Source: a virus
Lineage: Duplodnaviria; Caudoviricetes
IMG/VR virus record: IMGVR_UViG_2524614764_000005
Location: 32,001 to 96,000 of that record
Length of the DNA stretch: 64,000 bases
Reading direction: 5' to 3' (one strand)
Both the position numbers and the translations under genes were made by a program. This document shows, one piece after another, positions 20,343-29,977 of the stretch. The notes below the pieces were generated by a model. The model was not told the origin of the DNA and did no database searches. It was given only the letters and a program-made list of their open reading frames with translations. Position 1 is the stretch's first letter, and every line of letters starts with the position of its first letter.

Positions 20343-21248
20343 GTTATCGTAAATTTTTGAGGACGATATCGTAAAATTGATAAAATGGAGAAAAAACAGA
20401 GTAATAGCAATAGGTTTGATGATATTTTAATGAATATGAGGGAGATGTAATCGTAAAGTCGTTGTGGGAGTAAGGAAAAGTGGGTAAATCTGATGAAAAT
20501 CAGGAAAAATGGGTGAGTAGGGGAAGGGATTAACGTTGATATATAAGGCTTTTACGATAGCAAGTACGATAGAAAATAGGCTAAAATCGATAAAATTTAT
20601 AGGGTGTGGAAATGGAAGTGCTATGGGCACATTTGTTCTTTGTTTTAGCGATTTGGATGTTAATATACCCCCCTCTAATGGTAATAGATGGTTATGAATG
20701 CGTCTTATAATTATAGTTATAATGCAGATTCCTTTGCGAGTCTGCTTTTTTATTTGTGGCCAATCCAATGCACAATTAATAAGAAAAATCAACACTTTAT
20801 TGAACTAAATTTAAAAATTTTAAAAAATTGATGTGATTTTCAATATTTGTTCCATTATGCGGAACTCTTCGTATGAATAACAGGGGGCAGGAAATCGAAG
20901 TGTTATTTTTTTATATTTAATGTTTATTATTATATAGTCTTGGTACTGTAATCTTCTCACATTATCCACCTTAACTAGTCTCATCACCTTATATCTACAC
21001 ACATTCACCATAATATACTCTAATCCTCACATCAATCACACATCACCAAATCAATCCTGAGCACACTCACATCCTCATACAAAGGTTTAATTTAATCACA
21101 CAACCAATCTATCTAATCCTACTCAACACATCATACAGACGAATATAAGAACAAAAATAAATATAAGTAAATCAAATTATTAAAACACAAATTACATACA
21201 TTATCACGAATATATGTTATAATATAAGTATGGAAAGGAGGTGCAAAA

Positions 21249-21422
21249 GTGCTTGAAAAGGTGACTATAATAATGGCTTTACTTATCAGTCTTACTACAG
21301 TCTTAATCAATATGCTTGTGATTATTGAAAAGGTTGTCAGTATCACTAAAAGTATAAGCCAAAAGAAAAAGCGTACACGTAAGCGACCTAGGTCAAGGAC
21401 ACGCAAACGGATACGCCATTAA
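21249..21422 (+). CDS. yonT: Type I toxin YonT (57 aa)
   Basis: Read by hand: MLEKVTIIMALLISLTTVLINMLVIIEKV...KKKRTRKRPRSRTRKRIRH; SD AAGGAGGTG; extended -10 TGTTATAAT at 21215. Confidence 0.9.
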   Translation: MLEKVTIIMALLISLTTVLINMLVIIEKVVSITKSISQKKKRTRKRPRSRTRKRIRH

Positions 21423-21493
21423 ACATCATAAGACATTGGGAGATACTTCTCCCTTTGTCACCTATATTATAGCACCTTGCAGCACTTTGTAAA
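21360..21493 (-). ncRNA. SR6-like antisense antitoxin RNA with its promoter
   Basis: Minus-strand TTTACA (21493-88), 16 nt, TGcTATAAT (21471-66) pointing into the yonT 3' end; 3' end approximate. Confidence 0.6.
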
Positions 21494-21498
21494 CATAT

Positions 21499-21684
21499 AT
21501 GCAGCATAAACAATTAAGGTACTCACTAATCACATTCGGTATTACATTCATTGTATTCTGGCTTATTAAAGGTTTATTCAGCAGCAGCACACAATCACAT
21601 ATTATGTGGACATATGCTATTGCTACATCGATCCTTATAATCACTTGGTTGTCTTACTTTGTGTATAAAGGTTTTAAACGGTGA
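21499..21684 (+). CDS. Small two-TM membrane protein (YoyJ position)
   Basis: 61 aa hydrophobic ORF following yonT. Confidence 0.55.
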   Translation: MQHKQLRYSLITFGITFIVFWLIKGLFSSSTQSHIMWTYAIATSILIITWLSYFVYKGFKR

Positions 21685-21732
21685 GCGGTAGCTCAGCTCG
21701 CCATACATATAATTTTGAATAGGGGAGAACCA

Positions 21733-22965
21733 ATGTCAAAAGTAAAAATTATTGATTCGATTATGGGAAGCGGTAAAACAAGTCTAATGATTGATCACAT
21801 GAATGAATCATCTTTAGATAAACATTTCATTTTTATCACCCCATACCTGGATGAAGTATCAAGGATTAAGAAGTCATGCAGCAACAGAAAGTTTCATGAG
21901 CCTAAGGTGCACACAGAAAAGGGAGAGGTATTATATAAAATTGATTCATTTCATAAGTTGCTGTCAGAAAACAAAGACATTGTTGCTACTCACGCATTAT
22001 TTAGCATGTCTGACCAAACAACTAAAGATTTGATTTACTCAGGTAATTACACTTTGGTGCTAGACGAATCAATGGAAGTGATTAAAAAATTCAATATTTC
22101 CAAAGATGATTTAGATATGTTATTTAAAAACAAATGGATCATTAACAACAACGGTAAGATATTGTGGAACTCTGAGAATGAAGAAAAATTGAATAGGGAA
22201 TACAAAGGGGAGTTTCAGACATTAAAGAAGCTGGCCAAAAGTGATAATCTAATTTATCACAATGAATCTGTTTTGTTCTGGGAATTTCCTAGCGATGTCT
22301 TTAATAAGTTTAACAACGTGTATGTATTGACATATTTGTTTAATGCTCAGATACAAAAGTATTATTTTGACTTACACAAAATTGAATATGAATTATTATC
22401 AGTCGTAAAAGAAAATGGAAACTACAAATTAATTGCACATAATGAAAACTTGGATCAAAAGGTTAAAGCTGCTTTGAAAAATAAGATAAACATCTATGAA
22501 GGGGATTTGAACAAGGTAGGTGATGATTATTACGCATTGTCTAAGAATTGGTTTGAAAGTAGAACGGTTTTACATAAGCGATTAAAAAACAACATCTTAA
22601 ACTATTATCAAAACATCATTAAGTCTAAATCAAACGAGAACTTATGGACAACCTTTAAATCACATAAAGGGAAGTTGAGCGGTAAAGGATACACTAAAGG
22701 ATTCCTAGCGTGTAATATTAAAGCAACAAACGAATACAGTCACAAGAAAACATTAGTTTATTCAATAAATAGATTTGTTAATCCAGCAATTAAGGATTTA
22801 TTTAAGCAGAATAACATAGTGATAGATCACGATATATACGCACTATCAGAGATGATTCAATGGATTTGGAGATCAGCAATAAGAAATAATAAATCAATCA
22901 ACATTTACATTCCATCGTCTAGAATGAGAAACCTTTTAATAAAGTGGTTAGAAAATGACCTATGA
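21733..22965 (+). CDS. yonV: SF2 helicase-like protein
   Basis: MGSGKTS, LVLDES, QWIWRSAIR; synteny. Confidence 0.75.
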   Translation: MSKVKIIDSIMGSGKTSLMIDHMNESSLDKHFIFITPYLDEVSRIKKSCSNRKFHEPKVHTEKGEVLYKIDSFHKLLSENKDIVATHALFSMSDQTTKDLIYSGNYTLVLDESMEVIKKFNISKDDLDMLFKNKWIINNNGKILWNSENEEKLNREYKGEFQTLKKLAKSDNLIYHNESVLFWEFPSDVFNKFNNVYVLTYLFNAQIQKYYFDLHKIEYELLSVVKENGNYKLIAHNENLDQKVKAALKNKINIYEGDLNKVGDDYYALSKNWFESRTVLHKRLKNNILNYYQNIIKSKSNENLWTTFKSHKGKLSGKGYTKGFLACNIKATNEYSHKKTLVYSINRFVNPAIKDLFKQNNIVIDHDIYALSEMIQWIWRSAIRNNKSINIYIPSSRMRNLLIKWLENDL

Positions 22966-23200
22966 AAAAAAAAGCAATAAACCATTTTGAAAACTCAACT
23001 ACCGCAACAGTTTTTAGATGTCTCCCGTAAAAGAAAAGAAGTTAAAATTATAAATAATATATAGACTAAAAATAAGACCTTGGGGTGCTGACTTTGGTCA
23101 CTTCAACAAGTTGAATTGCCCTTTCGTCCTACACCACCCCAAACCCCTCATAGGACGTAATAAAATACTAAAAAAAATTAAAAATAACACACAAAAAATA

Positions 23201-23229
23201 TTGATTAAAATACAAATAACATATATAAT
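23201..23229 (+). promoter_or_regulatory. SigA early promoter with an SPBRE operator in its spacer
   Basis: TTGATT-aaaatacaaataacata-TATAAT, 17-nt spacer. Confidence 0.85.
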
Positions 23230-23283
23230 GAAGATATAGAAAAGAACGAAATAAAATGAATATTTTAAAGGGAGAGATTGGAT

Positions 23284-23472
23284 ATGAAAAAAGAAAAACC
23301 GAACAACTGGGTATGGACTAAATTAACAGAAGAAAAGCATCCTGATAGAAAAGCTGGAACACCTGTCCATACAGCTTATATGAGAGAGGGTGACGCTGAG
23401 TGGTCTCCTCACAGCTCATGGATTGCTAAAGGATATATCCAGCATGTTGATACGCTAAACTCGTCACAGTGA
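23284..23472 (+). CDS. Hypothetical protein
   Basis: ORF with SD GGAGAG. Confidence 0.6.
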   Translation: MKKEKPNNWVWTKLTEEKHPDRKAGTPVHTAYMREGDAEWSPHSSWIAKGYIQHVDTLNSSQ

Positions 23473-23570
23473 GTATAAACAAGCATTAGGCTGTGAGCGT
23501 CCTGGTCAATAGTGGCCAGGGGTTGTATCAAATGAAATTCTAATTTTATACAGAAGGAGAATGAGATAAT

Positions 23571-23816
23571 ATGACAAAAGAAAATAGAAACTTAGATATG
23601 CTTGAAGCCGAAAGAAAGATTGCTAAAAATAGATTGCAAGAACAGATTATTAGTATTAAAAGAACCTTGGATGATCTTGAATTTAAGCTCAAGAAAGATG
23701 ACAGGTATTTATTTTCATCTGATGGGCTTATGGGGAATAGTAATAGTATTGATATTTATTTAAATCAAGTTGTTGCATACGATCGAGCAATAGAATTAAT
23801 GAAAAGTGAAAGTTAA
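23571..23816 (+). CDS. Hypothetical protein
   Basis: 81 aa ORF with SD. Confidence 0.65.
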   Translation: MTKENRNLDMLEAERKIAKNRLQEQIISIKRTLDDLEFKLKKDDRYLFSSDGLMGNSNSIDIYLNQVVAYDRAIELMKSES

Positions 23817-23887
23817 ATAAAATGTTGATTTTCTACAGAAGGGAGTGATTCTGTCTGAAATACTTAAACGAGGCTGAACAGCGTGAA

Positions 23888-24187
23888 ATGTTGGAAGAAG
23901 AGGCTGAGAATTATTTGAGAAACCTCTACAATTCTAATCCAGTCGGCAGGGATGAAACCCCTAGCGTTTACCTGTCACAAGGAAAAATACAGGGTATGTG
24001 TAGAATATTTAATGCGACATTTACAGTAGAGCTTCGCAGAAAGATCACATTTTATAAATACAATAAATATCTTGATGAGAAGTTTTGGTTTCATGTAGAG
24101 AGTGAATATTTAACAAAGGAAGAAGCAGAACGTTTAATTAGCCAGATAAACAGGGATAACAGAGAAATCATGCAAGGGCTGTTATGA
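23888..24187 (+). CDS. Hypothetical protein
   Basis: 99 aa ORF; true start may be upstream. Confidence 0.6.
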   Translation: MLEEEAENYLRNLYNSNPVGRDETPSVYLSQGKIQGMCRIFNATFTVELRRKITFYKYNKYLDEKFWFHVESEYLTKEEAERLISQINRDNREIMQGLL

Positions 24188-24384
24188 GGAAGAGGGGGCA
24201 ACCAATGAAATTTAAAAACAAATATGATGCTTTAAATTACATCAATGAAAAATACGATGTTGTAAGCCATGAGGTAACATCATTTGAAGAGATAGATGAG
24301 TTTTGGCATTGTCTTAAACAATTGAATTTCATGAATAAGATACATGGTGATGATTTTAAGTTGGCAGAAAAAATTTGTGTGTGA
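24184..24384 (+). CDS. Hypothetical protein
   Basis: ORF track. Confidence 0.55.
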   Translation: MRKRGQPMKFKNKYDALNYINEKYDVVSHEVTSFEEIDEFWHCLKQLNFMNKIHGDDFKLAEKICV

Positions 24385-24407
24385 TCTGTATAGAGGAGAT
24401 TTATAAA

Positions 24408-24590
24408 ATGAACAAAAAAGAAATGACGGAGCAGGAGTTAAATGATATAAAAACTGAAATATTTCAATTAGAATCAGACAGAAATAATGTTGGTCATGCA
24501 GGCGTGATTGAATATATAGAGAAAAATTTGAAATTGTTGCGATTAGAAGAGGAGATGTATAAAAAAGAATTAGAAAGATTGAATGGATAG
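24408..24590 (+). CDS. Small coiled-coil protein
   Basis: SD GAGGAG before MNKKEM. Confidence 0.6.
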   Translation: MNKKEMTEQELNDIKTEIFQLESDRNNVGHAGVIEYIEKNLKLLRLEEEMYKKELERLNG

Positions 24591-24614
24591 AATATTAATC
24601 TTCCACAGAAAGGA

Positions 24615-24809
24615 GTGATGAGATTGGGAAATGAAGTTGTGTTTCTTTGCAGAAAATGCAATCATCACCTGTTTGCCGAAAATCCTACGATAAACACATT
24701 AAAAAGCATTTCAAAAATGGATTGCCCTGAATGTGGAGAAGAGGGTTATCATAATTGGATACTCTCACATGTGGGTGATTCTGAGAAAGAGAACTATAAT
24801 TGGAAATAG
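24615..24809 (+). CDS. Zn-ribbon protein
   Basis: CRKC...CPEC. Confidence 0.65.
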   Translation: MMRLGNEVVFLCRKCNHHLFAENPTINTLKSISKMDCPECGEEGYHNWILSHVGDSEKENYNWK

Positions 24810-24842
24810 TTAAATTGTTTCTTGCAGGACGGAGTGGTAAAT

Positions 24843-25121
24843 ATGAGCAATGAAAACACTTGGGGATTAGCTTTTATCCAGATCGATGTCAAAGAGGATA
24901 GGTTCAATGAATTACTGTCACTAAACTTGGGTTCAGAACATAAGGCAAGGGAAGTTTTTAATCGTGTTAAGAATGAGTTTAAGGAAAATGACGGAGAACC
25001 TGATGGTGTTATTGATCTTATAGATGAAAATGAAGAAATTATCGATGATTATGCACTTACTACAAATCAATTGATTACAGTTGCCGCAATGCTTGGTCAT
25101 GAAATCGGAAAATCAAAATAA
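24843..25121 (+). CDS. Hypothetical acidic protein
   Basis: SD GGAG before MSNENTW. Confidence 0.6.
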   Translation: MSNENTWGLAFIQIDVKEDRFNELLSLNLGSEHKAREVFNRVKNEFKENDGEPDGVIDLIDENEEIIDDYALTTNQLITVAAMLGHEIGKSK

Positions 25122-25165
25122 AATGTTTCTTTTATACATAATGGAATTGTTTTTAATAAAGGAGG

Positions 25166-25471
25166 ATGATTAGTATCGCAAACAAAGGAGATATTCTTGT
25201 ATTCAAAGACGGTCAAGAATGTATGGTTGTCGAAAATAAAATAAGTCAAGGCAGCTACAATGAAAAAGGCGAATACCATAGCTGGGATGACAGCAGGTGG
25301 ATATTAGTGAATTTGGCAACAGGAAGTGTTGTATTACATTATCGATACAATATTCGATATGAAGATGGAATGCCTTATATACCTATGTGGGGCGGAGTAA
25401 CAAAAGTTAAAAAAAAGGGATCAGAAGAAATAATACGTTTGAGTGAAAATAAGATAAAACATGAGTTTTAA
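25166..25471 (+). CDS. Hypothetical protein
   Basis: 101 aa, SD AAGGAGG. Confidence 0.6.
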   Translation: MISIANKGDILVFKDGQECMVVENKISQGSYNEKGEYHSWDDSRWILVNLATGSVVLHYRYNIRYEDGMPYIPMWGGVTKVKKKGSEEIIRLSENKIKHEF

Positions 25472-25508
25472 ACAAATAAATAACACATATTAAAAAGGAG
25501 TAATAGTC

Positions 25509-25679
25509 ATGTATGTTGTTAGATTAAATGGTGGTTACTTTAAAAAGGGATATATCAATATTGCAGGATTAGAGTTAGATCCATCAACGCCATTGAAAAA
25601 AGATGCTAGGAAGTTTAAGAGCATGAAACAAGCTTATTTTTTCTCTTATAAAATGAATGGCAAAGTCGAGAAAGCATAA
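25509..25679 (+). CDS. Small protein (56 aa, MYVVRLNGGYF...)
   Basis: Read by hand; SD AAGGAG. Confidence 0.6.
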   Translation: MYVVRLNGGYFKKGYINIAGLELDPSTPLKKDARKFKSMKQAYFFSYKMNGKVEKA

Positions 25680-25707
25680 TAAATATTCTTAAAGGAGTGT
25701 ACCATGA

Positions 25708-25818
25708 ATGAAAACAATCCAGGAGCGGTTATTAAAACGGCGAGATGATTTAATCAGTGTTGCTGTATTTAGTATATTGGCCATTATGCTGCTTTGTGCA
25801 TTTGTTTATTCTGGATGA
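25708..25818 (+). CDS. Small single-TM protein (36 aa)
   Basis: MKTIQERLLKRRDDLISVAVFSILAIMLLCAFVYSG; SD AAGGAG. Confidence 0.5.
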   Translation: MKTIQERLLKRRDDLISVAVFSILAIMLLCAFVYSG

Positions 25819-25852
25819 ATTATAAATTACATATATTTGAGAGGTGAATAAT

Positions 25853-26011
25853 ATGCGAGATCTAATTAAGAAAGAACTTTCAAAACCAAGTATACACAAC
25901 ATGTTTAAAGGTTGGGCAGATCAGGAACAAATTTTAGATGAACTTGAAGAAGGGTACGTAAGTTATGATGGCAGCGTAGAGGATTACTTAAGTAACAAAT
26001 TAAACTACTGA
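25853..26011 (+). CDS. Small acidic protein (52 aa)
   Basis: Read by hand; SD GAGGTG. Confidence 0.6.
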   Translation: MRDLIKKELSKPSIHNMFKGWADQEQILDELEEGYVSYDGSVEDYLSNKLNY

Positions 26012-26038
26012 GCTTCTACATAAAAAGGGGTATGACCA

Positions 26039-26212
26039 ATGCCAATTGGAAAACAATTAAAACAAAAATTAGCTAACACAAATGCTTTTGAGAAGAAACA
26101 TAATGAATTCTTAATAGAAATTAAAGAATTTAAAAATAATAAAGAACTCCAAAATGAATATAAACGTGTGCAGCATGTTCTGAAAGATTCAATTGATGGG
26201 AGAGAGTCTTAA
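26039..26212 (+). CDS. Small protein (57 aa)
   Basis: MPIGKQLKQK...; stop overlaps the next ATG. Confidence 0.5.
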   Translation: MPIGKQLKQKLANTNAFEKKHNEFLIEIKEFKNNKELQNEYKRVQHVLKDSIDGRES

Positions 26213-26835
26213 TGGAAAGCAGTGAAAGTGCATCACTTAAAGTGCCTAAACATATCATAAGAAATGATAAATTCTATATAACAAATCAGGAATTTCATCT
26301 ATACGCTTACCTTTGCTATATGAATTTCAGAAATTTCAATGAAGAAGAGATGGAAGTAGATCATCTCAAACTGAAAAATCTTCTTAAGATCAGTGACGCT
26401 AGGACATTGAAGAAGCGTTTAAACACCTTACATAAGCATAATCTTATAAGGAATAAAATCGATAAACTTCCAACCAAGGGTACTATGAAAATTATCTTTA
26501 ATGGAGATGTGAAAAAGGATCAAATGTTCTGCAAGATGAATCCAATCATATTTACATATTTTAAGAATGATCAAATAGACTCGAATGGAATTAGGTTGGC
26601 TTTTTATTACAAGAGTTTCTCACATGAAGGATACTGTACAGTGGGGTTTGAAACACTAAAAGAGAATTTGAAAATTGGGAATAGTACTATTTCCAATTCA
26701 AACAAATCTTTAGAGAGGTCAGAACTTCTGAAAATAAAATCACATAAGTTAGAAACGTATGGTTACAACCAAAAAGATGCGTTGGTTATCGATAGTTGGA
26801 GTAATCATTACCAAATCTTAGAACCATTACGTTAA
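26212..26835 (+). CDS. Double winged-helix protein, Rep-like (paralog 1)
   Basis: EFHLYAYL, LKKRLNTL, GIRLAFYYKS. Confidence 0.6.
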   Translation: MESSESASLKVPKHIIRNDKFYITNQEFHLYAYLCYMNFRNFNEEEMEVDHLKLKNLLKISDARTLKKRLNTLHKHNLIRNKIDKLPTKGTMKIIFNGDVKKDQMFCKMNPIIFTYFKNDQIDSNGIRLAFYYKSFSHEGYCTVGFETLKENLKIGNSTISNSNKSLERSELLKIKSHKLETYGYNQKDALVIDSWSNHYQILEPLR

Positions 26836-26893
26836 TTATTGAAAAAACAGTAATAAATTTCAATAGTTTAAAATAAGAGATAGGAGAGGTTTT

Positions 26894-27580
26894 TTGAGTA
26901 ATAACTCTGAATTACTAATTGCAAATGATGTCATCAGAGATCCGAATTTATCCAGTGAAGAATTTTCAGTTTACGCCGTTCTGATAAGGCTTTACTTCTC
27001 TAAAAAAGAGAAAGTGAATCCGATTCAAGTTAACCATAAACGAATTAGTGAACGGTTGGGAATACCAAAGAACGAGACTTTGAAAAAATACATAAATGGG
27101 CTTTATGAGAAGAAATTGATACTTAATAAGGTTGATGCTTTACCAAGAAAAGGCTTAATAGACATAACGTTAAATGAATCTCGACTACCTGTAAAGGGTA
27201 GCAATATAACTTTCACTCAAACCACTGAGAGCATTATATCATCCGAATGTGTGTCGCAAATTAAAATGAAGGGTATAAGGCTCTACTTCTATTTAAAGAG
27301 CTACATGGACACAAGGCACACTCCTTCATTTGCTTATCCAGGGATGGATAGAATTTCCGCCGAAACGGGAGTTGCAAAAAACACCATTAGAAAACATTTA
27401 TCTCTAATGAAAAACAAAAGGTTTATTGATATTCAACATTCGGATAAGCAAAGTTCCAAAGAGTCTTATTATGGTGAAGACGATCAAGTTATTACCACTG
27501 GATATCAGAACAAGTACATTTTATATGATCATCACATCAATGAATATGCAAGAAAGAATAGCGGTTTATCATGTGGTTGA
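26894..27580 (+). CDS. Double winged-helix protein, Rep-like (paralog 2)
   Basis: EFSVYAVL, GIRLYFYLKS, AYPGMDRISAETGVAKNTIRKHL (HTH_36-like). Confidence 0.65.
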   Translation: MSNNSELLIANDVIRDPNLSSEEFSVYAVLIRLYFSKKEKVNPIQVNHKRISERLGIPKNETLKKYINGLYEKKLILNKVDALPRKGLIDITLNESRLPVKGSNITFTQTTESIISSECVSQIKMKGIRLYFYLKSYMDTRHTPSFAYPGMDRISAETGVAKNTIRKHLSLMKNKRFIDIQHSDKQSSKESYYGEDDQVITTGYQNKYILYDHHINEYARKNSGLSCG

Positions 27581-27627
27581 AACCCAGTGTTCATACGAAG
27601 TGCAAAAATGTTGCGATATGGCAGCAA

Positions 27628-28003
27628 ATAAAATACTCAAGTAAAATGGTGCTTGTGTTACTATCATTTCAAATGAGAGTATTTATTCATCACAGATGAC
27701 GGGCTATGTTAAACATAGGGCTTAGTTTCAACCGACACTCTCACAGCGCAATTTTGAGCTGTCAACTCATGAAGTAGTAATAAGCTGATGTCATTTGAAA
27801 CGACGGGAGATGCCGTCACGAATCGTTACGTCATCAATAAACAAATACTCACTCACCACAAAATTGTGGTCAGTAAAAAATTTATGGAATAGGGTGTAGT
27901 AAACAGAGTGTGTAGAAGGAGATTTTTCACTCAGTAATCTTTCCGAGTGAAAACATGAAATGAGCTTAATTTTGAGCCGGTGTCATTTCAAATGAGACCG
28001 GCT
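27628..28003. repeat. Palindrome/iteron cluster, candidate origin
   Basis: TCATTTCAAATGA at 27664 and 27983, GTCATTTGAAACGAC at 27790, AATTTTGAGC twice, TTTTCACTC/GAGTGAAAA hairpin. Confidence 0.6.
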
Positions 28004-28146
28004 TCTGAATAAAATGATGTTTTTATTAATAAAATAATAATGTTGAAACTGATATCCTACTAAACTAACAATATGTTACAATGCCAATATAAGGATAACT
28101 TTAAAAGTAACTCACAAATGACAGCTGCTGAAAGGTTTGTTGAAAA

Positions 28147-28773
28147 ATGACAATGTTGATAGTTATGGCAACAGATAACAGTATTATTATGACTGCCGAT
28201 AAAAGAGTTACAAGAACAGATGGTTATGGGAAAGTTATAAAGATTGTGTCGGATGATTATAAAAAAATAAAAATAATAAAAGGGAAGTATATTGTTTCTT
28301 TTGCTGGCAGAACAGCAATTGCGGAAAAAGCATTCAAATTTATTGATGAAAAAATTGTATCGTTGGAATATGACATTCATTTGTTTTTTAAAAATGCATT
28401 TCAATACGGAAAAGCCTGTTTTGAAAACAGTTTTCCAAATATAGAACCTACATCAGTATTCTTTCTGGGTTATATTAAAGATGATACGAGTTATTTAAAA
28501 GGCTACTCATCAGACGATGATTACAAAGGAATGCCTATCTCTGATAGTATAAAGGTTAGAGCGGAATCCCTTGTTGTGGAGAATCTCCTTTTTAATGAGA
28601 CGCAAAATTTCCTATCAACCAAAATATCTAGTCGACCATCTTTTTATCAGTCCAATGAAAACCTTTCAGTTCTTTTTTCTGAAGCAATTAAAAGAATGAA
28701 TGATCAAATGATTGGAAAAACAACCTACTCTGTGGTTTTAACATCTAATGGTGCAACAGAACTGCACAATTAA
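28147..28773 (+). CDS. Ntn-hydrolase / proteasome-beta-like protein
   Basis: M-T at N terminus, IIMTADKRVT, SFAGRT. Confidence 0.6.
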   Translation: MTMLIVMATDNSIIMTADKRVTRTDGYGKVIKIVSDDYKKIKIIKGKYIVSFAGRTAIAEKAFKFIDEKIVSLEYDIHLFFKNAFQYGKACFENSFPNIEPTSVFFLGYIKDDTSYLKGYSSDDDYKGMPISDSIKVRAESLVVENLLFNETQNFLSTKISSRPSFYQSNENLSVLFSEAIKRMNDQMIGKTTYSVVLTSNGATELHN

Positions 28774-28869
28774 CTTATTGACTGTTATAAGAAACAATTG
28801 CAAAATGAGCTTCAGTGTTAGTAATAAAGATCAAATAAAATCATTCTTTTAAGGAGAGGTGACAGTTAG

Positions 28870-29922
28870 TTGATTAACATTTTTATAGATACGAACATCT
28901 ATGAGGCGAAGAATTTTAATTTTGATAATAGTAGTATTTCCAGGCTGCAAAATTTCATTGAGAATGAGCATGTTGAATTATTTATAACACCCGTAATAAT
29001 AAAAGAAATCGAAGATCACATTGAACAAAAGGTTGAGGGGTCAGGGAAACAAATTAAGGAATTTAAACAAAATGCGCCTATTATGATAAATTTTGAACCA
29101 TTAAAAAAGATATGGGATCGCGACTTGATAAATCAAGCAAAATTGAAAATTTTAGACCGCTTTCATGAATTTTTAAGAATAAATAGAGTGTATACAGTTC
29201 CTATCAGTGTCACTTATGCAAATCAAATTATACAAAATTACCTTGAAGGCAGTGCGCCTTTTAGTAAAAAAAAGAAGAAAGAATTCCCAGACGCTTTTAC
29301 TATGTATACTCTTTTGGAATGGGCTGAAAAAAATAACGAGATAATTTGTATAATTAGTAATGATAAGGAAATTAGGGATTTTTGTGAGGGTAATTCTAGA
29401 CTCTATTACATCAAGACATTGGAAGAGGCCTTTGATTATATAAACCAACAAGATGATGTTAAGTATCAACAAGCTCAAAACATTTATATGGATCATCTGG
29501 AACAATTTCTAGATGATATAGACAATGAAATTAATGAAGCATGCTTTGCTTTTAATATAGAGGTTTTTGATGTTGAAGATGTAAAAGTAAAAGACTTTTC
29601 TCTTGTGAGAGAAGGGGAATGCTACGATGAGCCTCGGGTTCTTGAATTAGAAGATAGTAAACTTACATTTGTACTTGATGTTAATTTTGAGTTTACTATT
29701 GTAACCAGTAAAATTGACCCCACAAGATCTCCATACGATTCTGAGGAGGGAATGTACTTATACATAGAATATGAAGAAACAGAATATACAGAAATCGTTG
29801 AGCTACCGGTAGAACTTGAATTAAATGTTCAGGATTATGAGAAACAAGACTTTATTATCGAATCAATAAAAATAAATAATGATGAAGCATATCTACATAC
29901 TATTAATGATGATTATTTTTAA
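28870..29922 (+). CDS. PIN-domain protein (DUF4935-like) with acidic C-terminal domain
   Basis: IFIDTNIY, KEFPDAF, IISNDKE. Confidence 0.8.
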   Translation: MINIFIDTNIYEAKNFNFDNSSISRLQNFIENEHVELFITPVIIKEIEDHIEQKVEGSGKQIKEFKQNAPIMINFEPLKKIWDRDLINQAKLKILDRFHEFLRINRVYTVPISVTYANQIIQNYLEGSAPFSKKKKKEFPDAFTMYTLLEWAEKNNEIICIISNDKEIRDFCEGNSRLYYIKTLEEAFDYINQQDDVKYQQAQNIYMDHLEQFLDDIDNEINEACFAFNIEVFDVEDVKVKDFSLVREGECYDEPRVLELEDSKLTFVLDVNFEFTIVTSKIDPTRSPYDSEEGMYLYIEYEETEYTEIVELPVELELNVQDYEKQDFIIESIKINNDEAYLHTINDDYF

Positions 29923-29977
29923 AATTAAATGTGCTATTTTAAATAAAAGAAGTATTTCATTTAGAAGGTGATGAAAA

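Noticed and set aside
20427-21011. ORFs 20427..20795 and 20820..21011
   Set aside because: No clear SD; likely by-products of the skewed composition
21131-21644. Minus-strand ORFs 21131..21406 and 21462..21644
   Set aside because: Shadows of yonT and the downstream membrane gene
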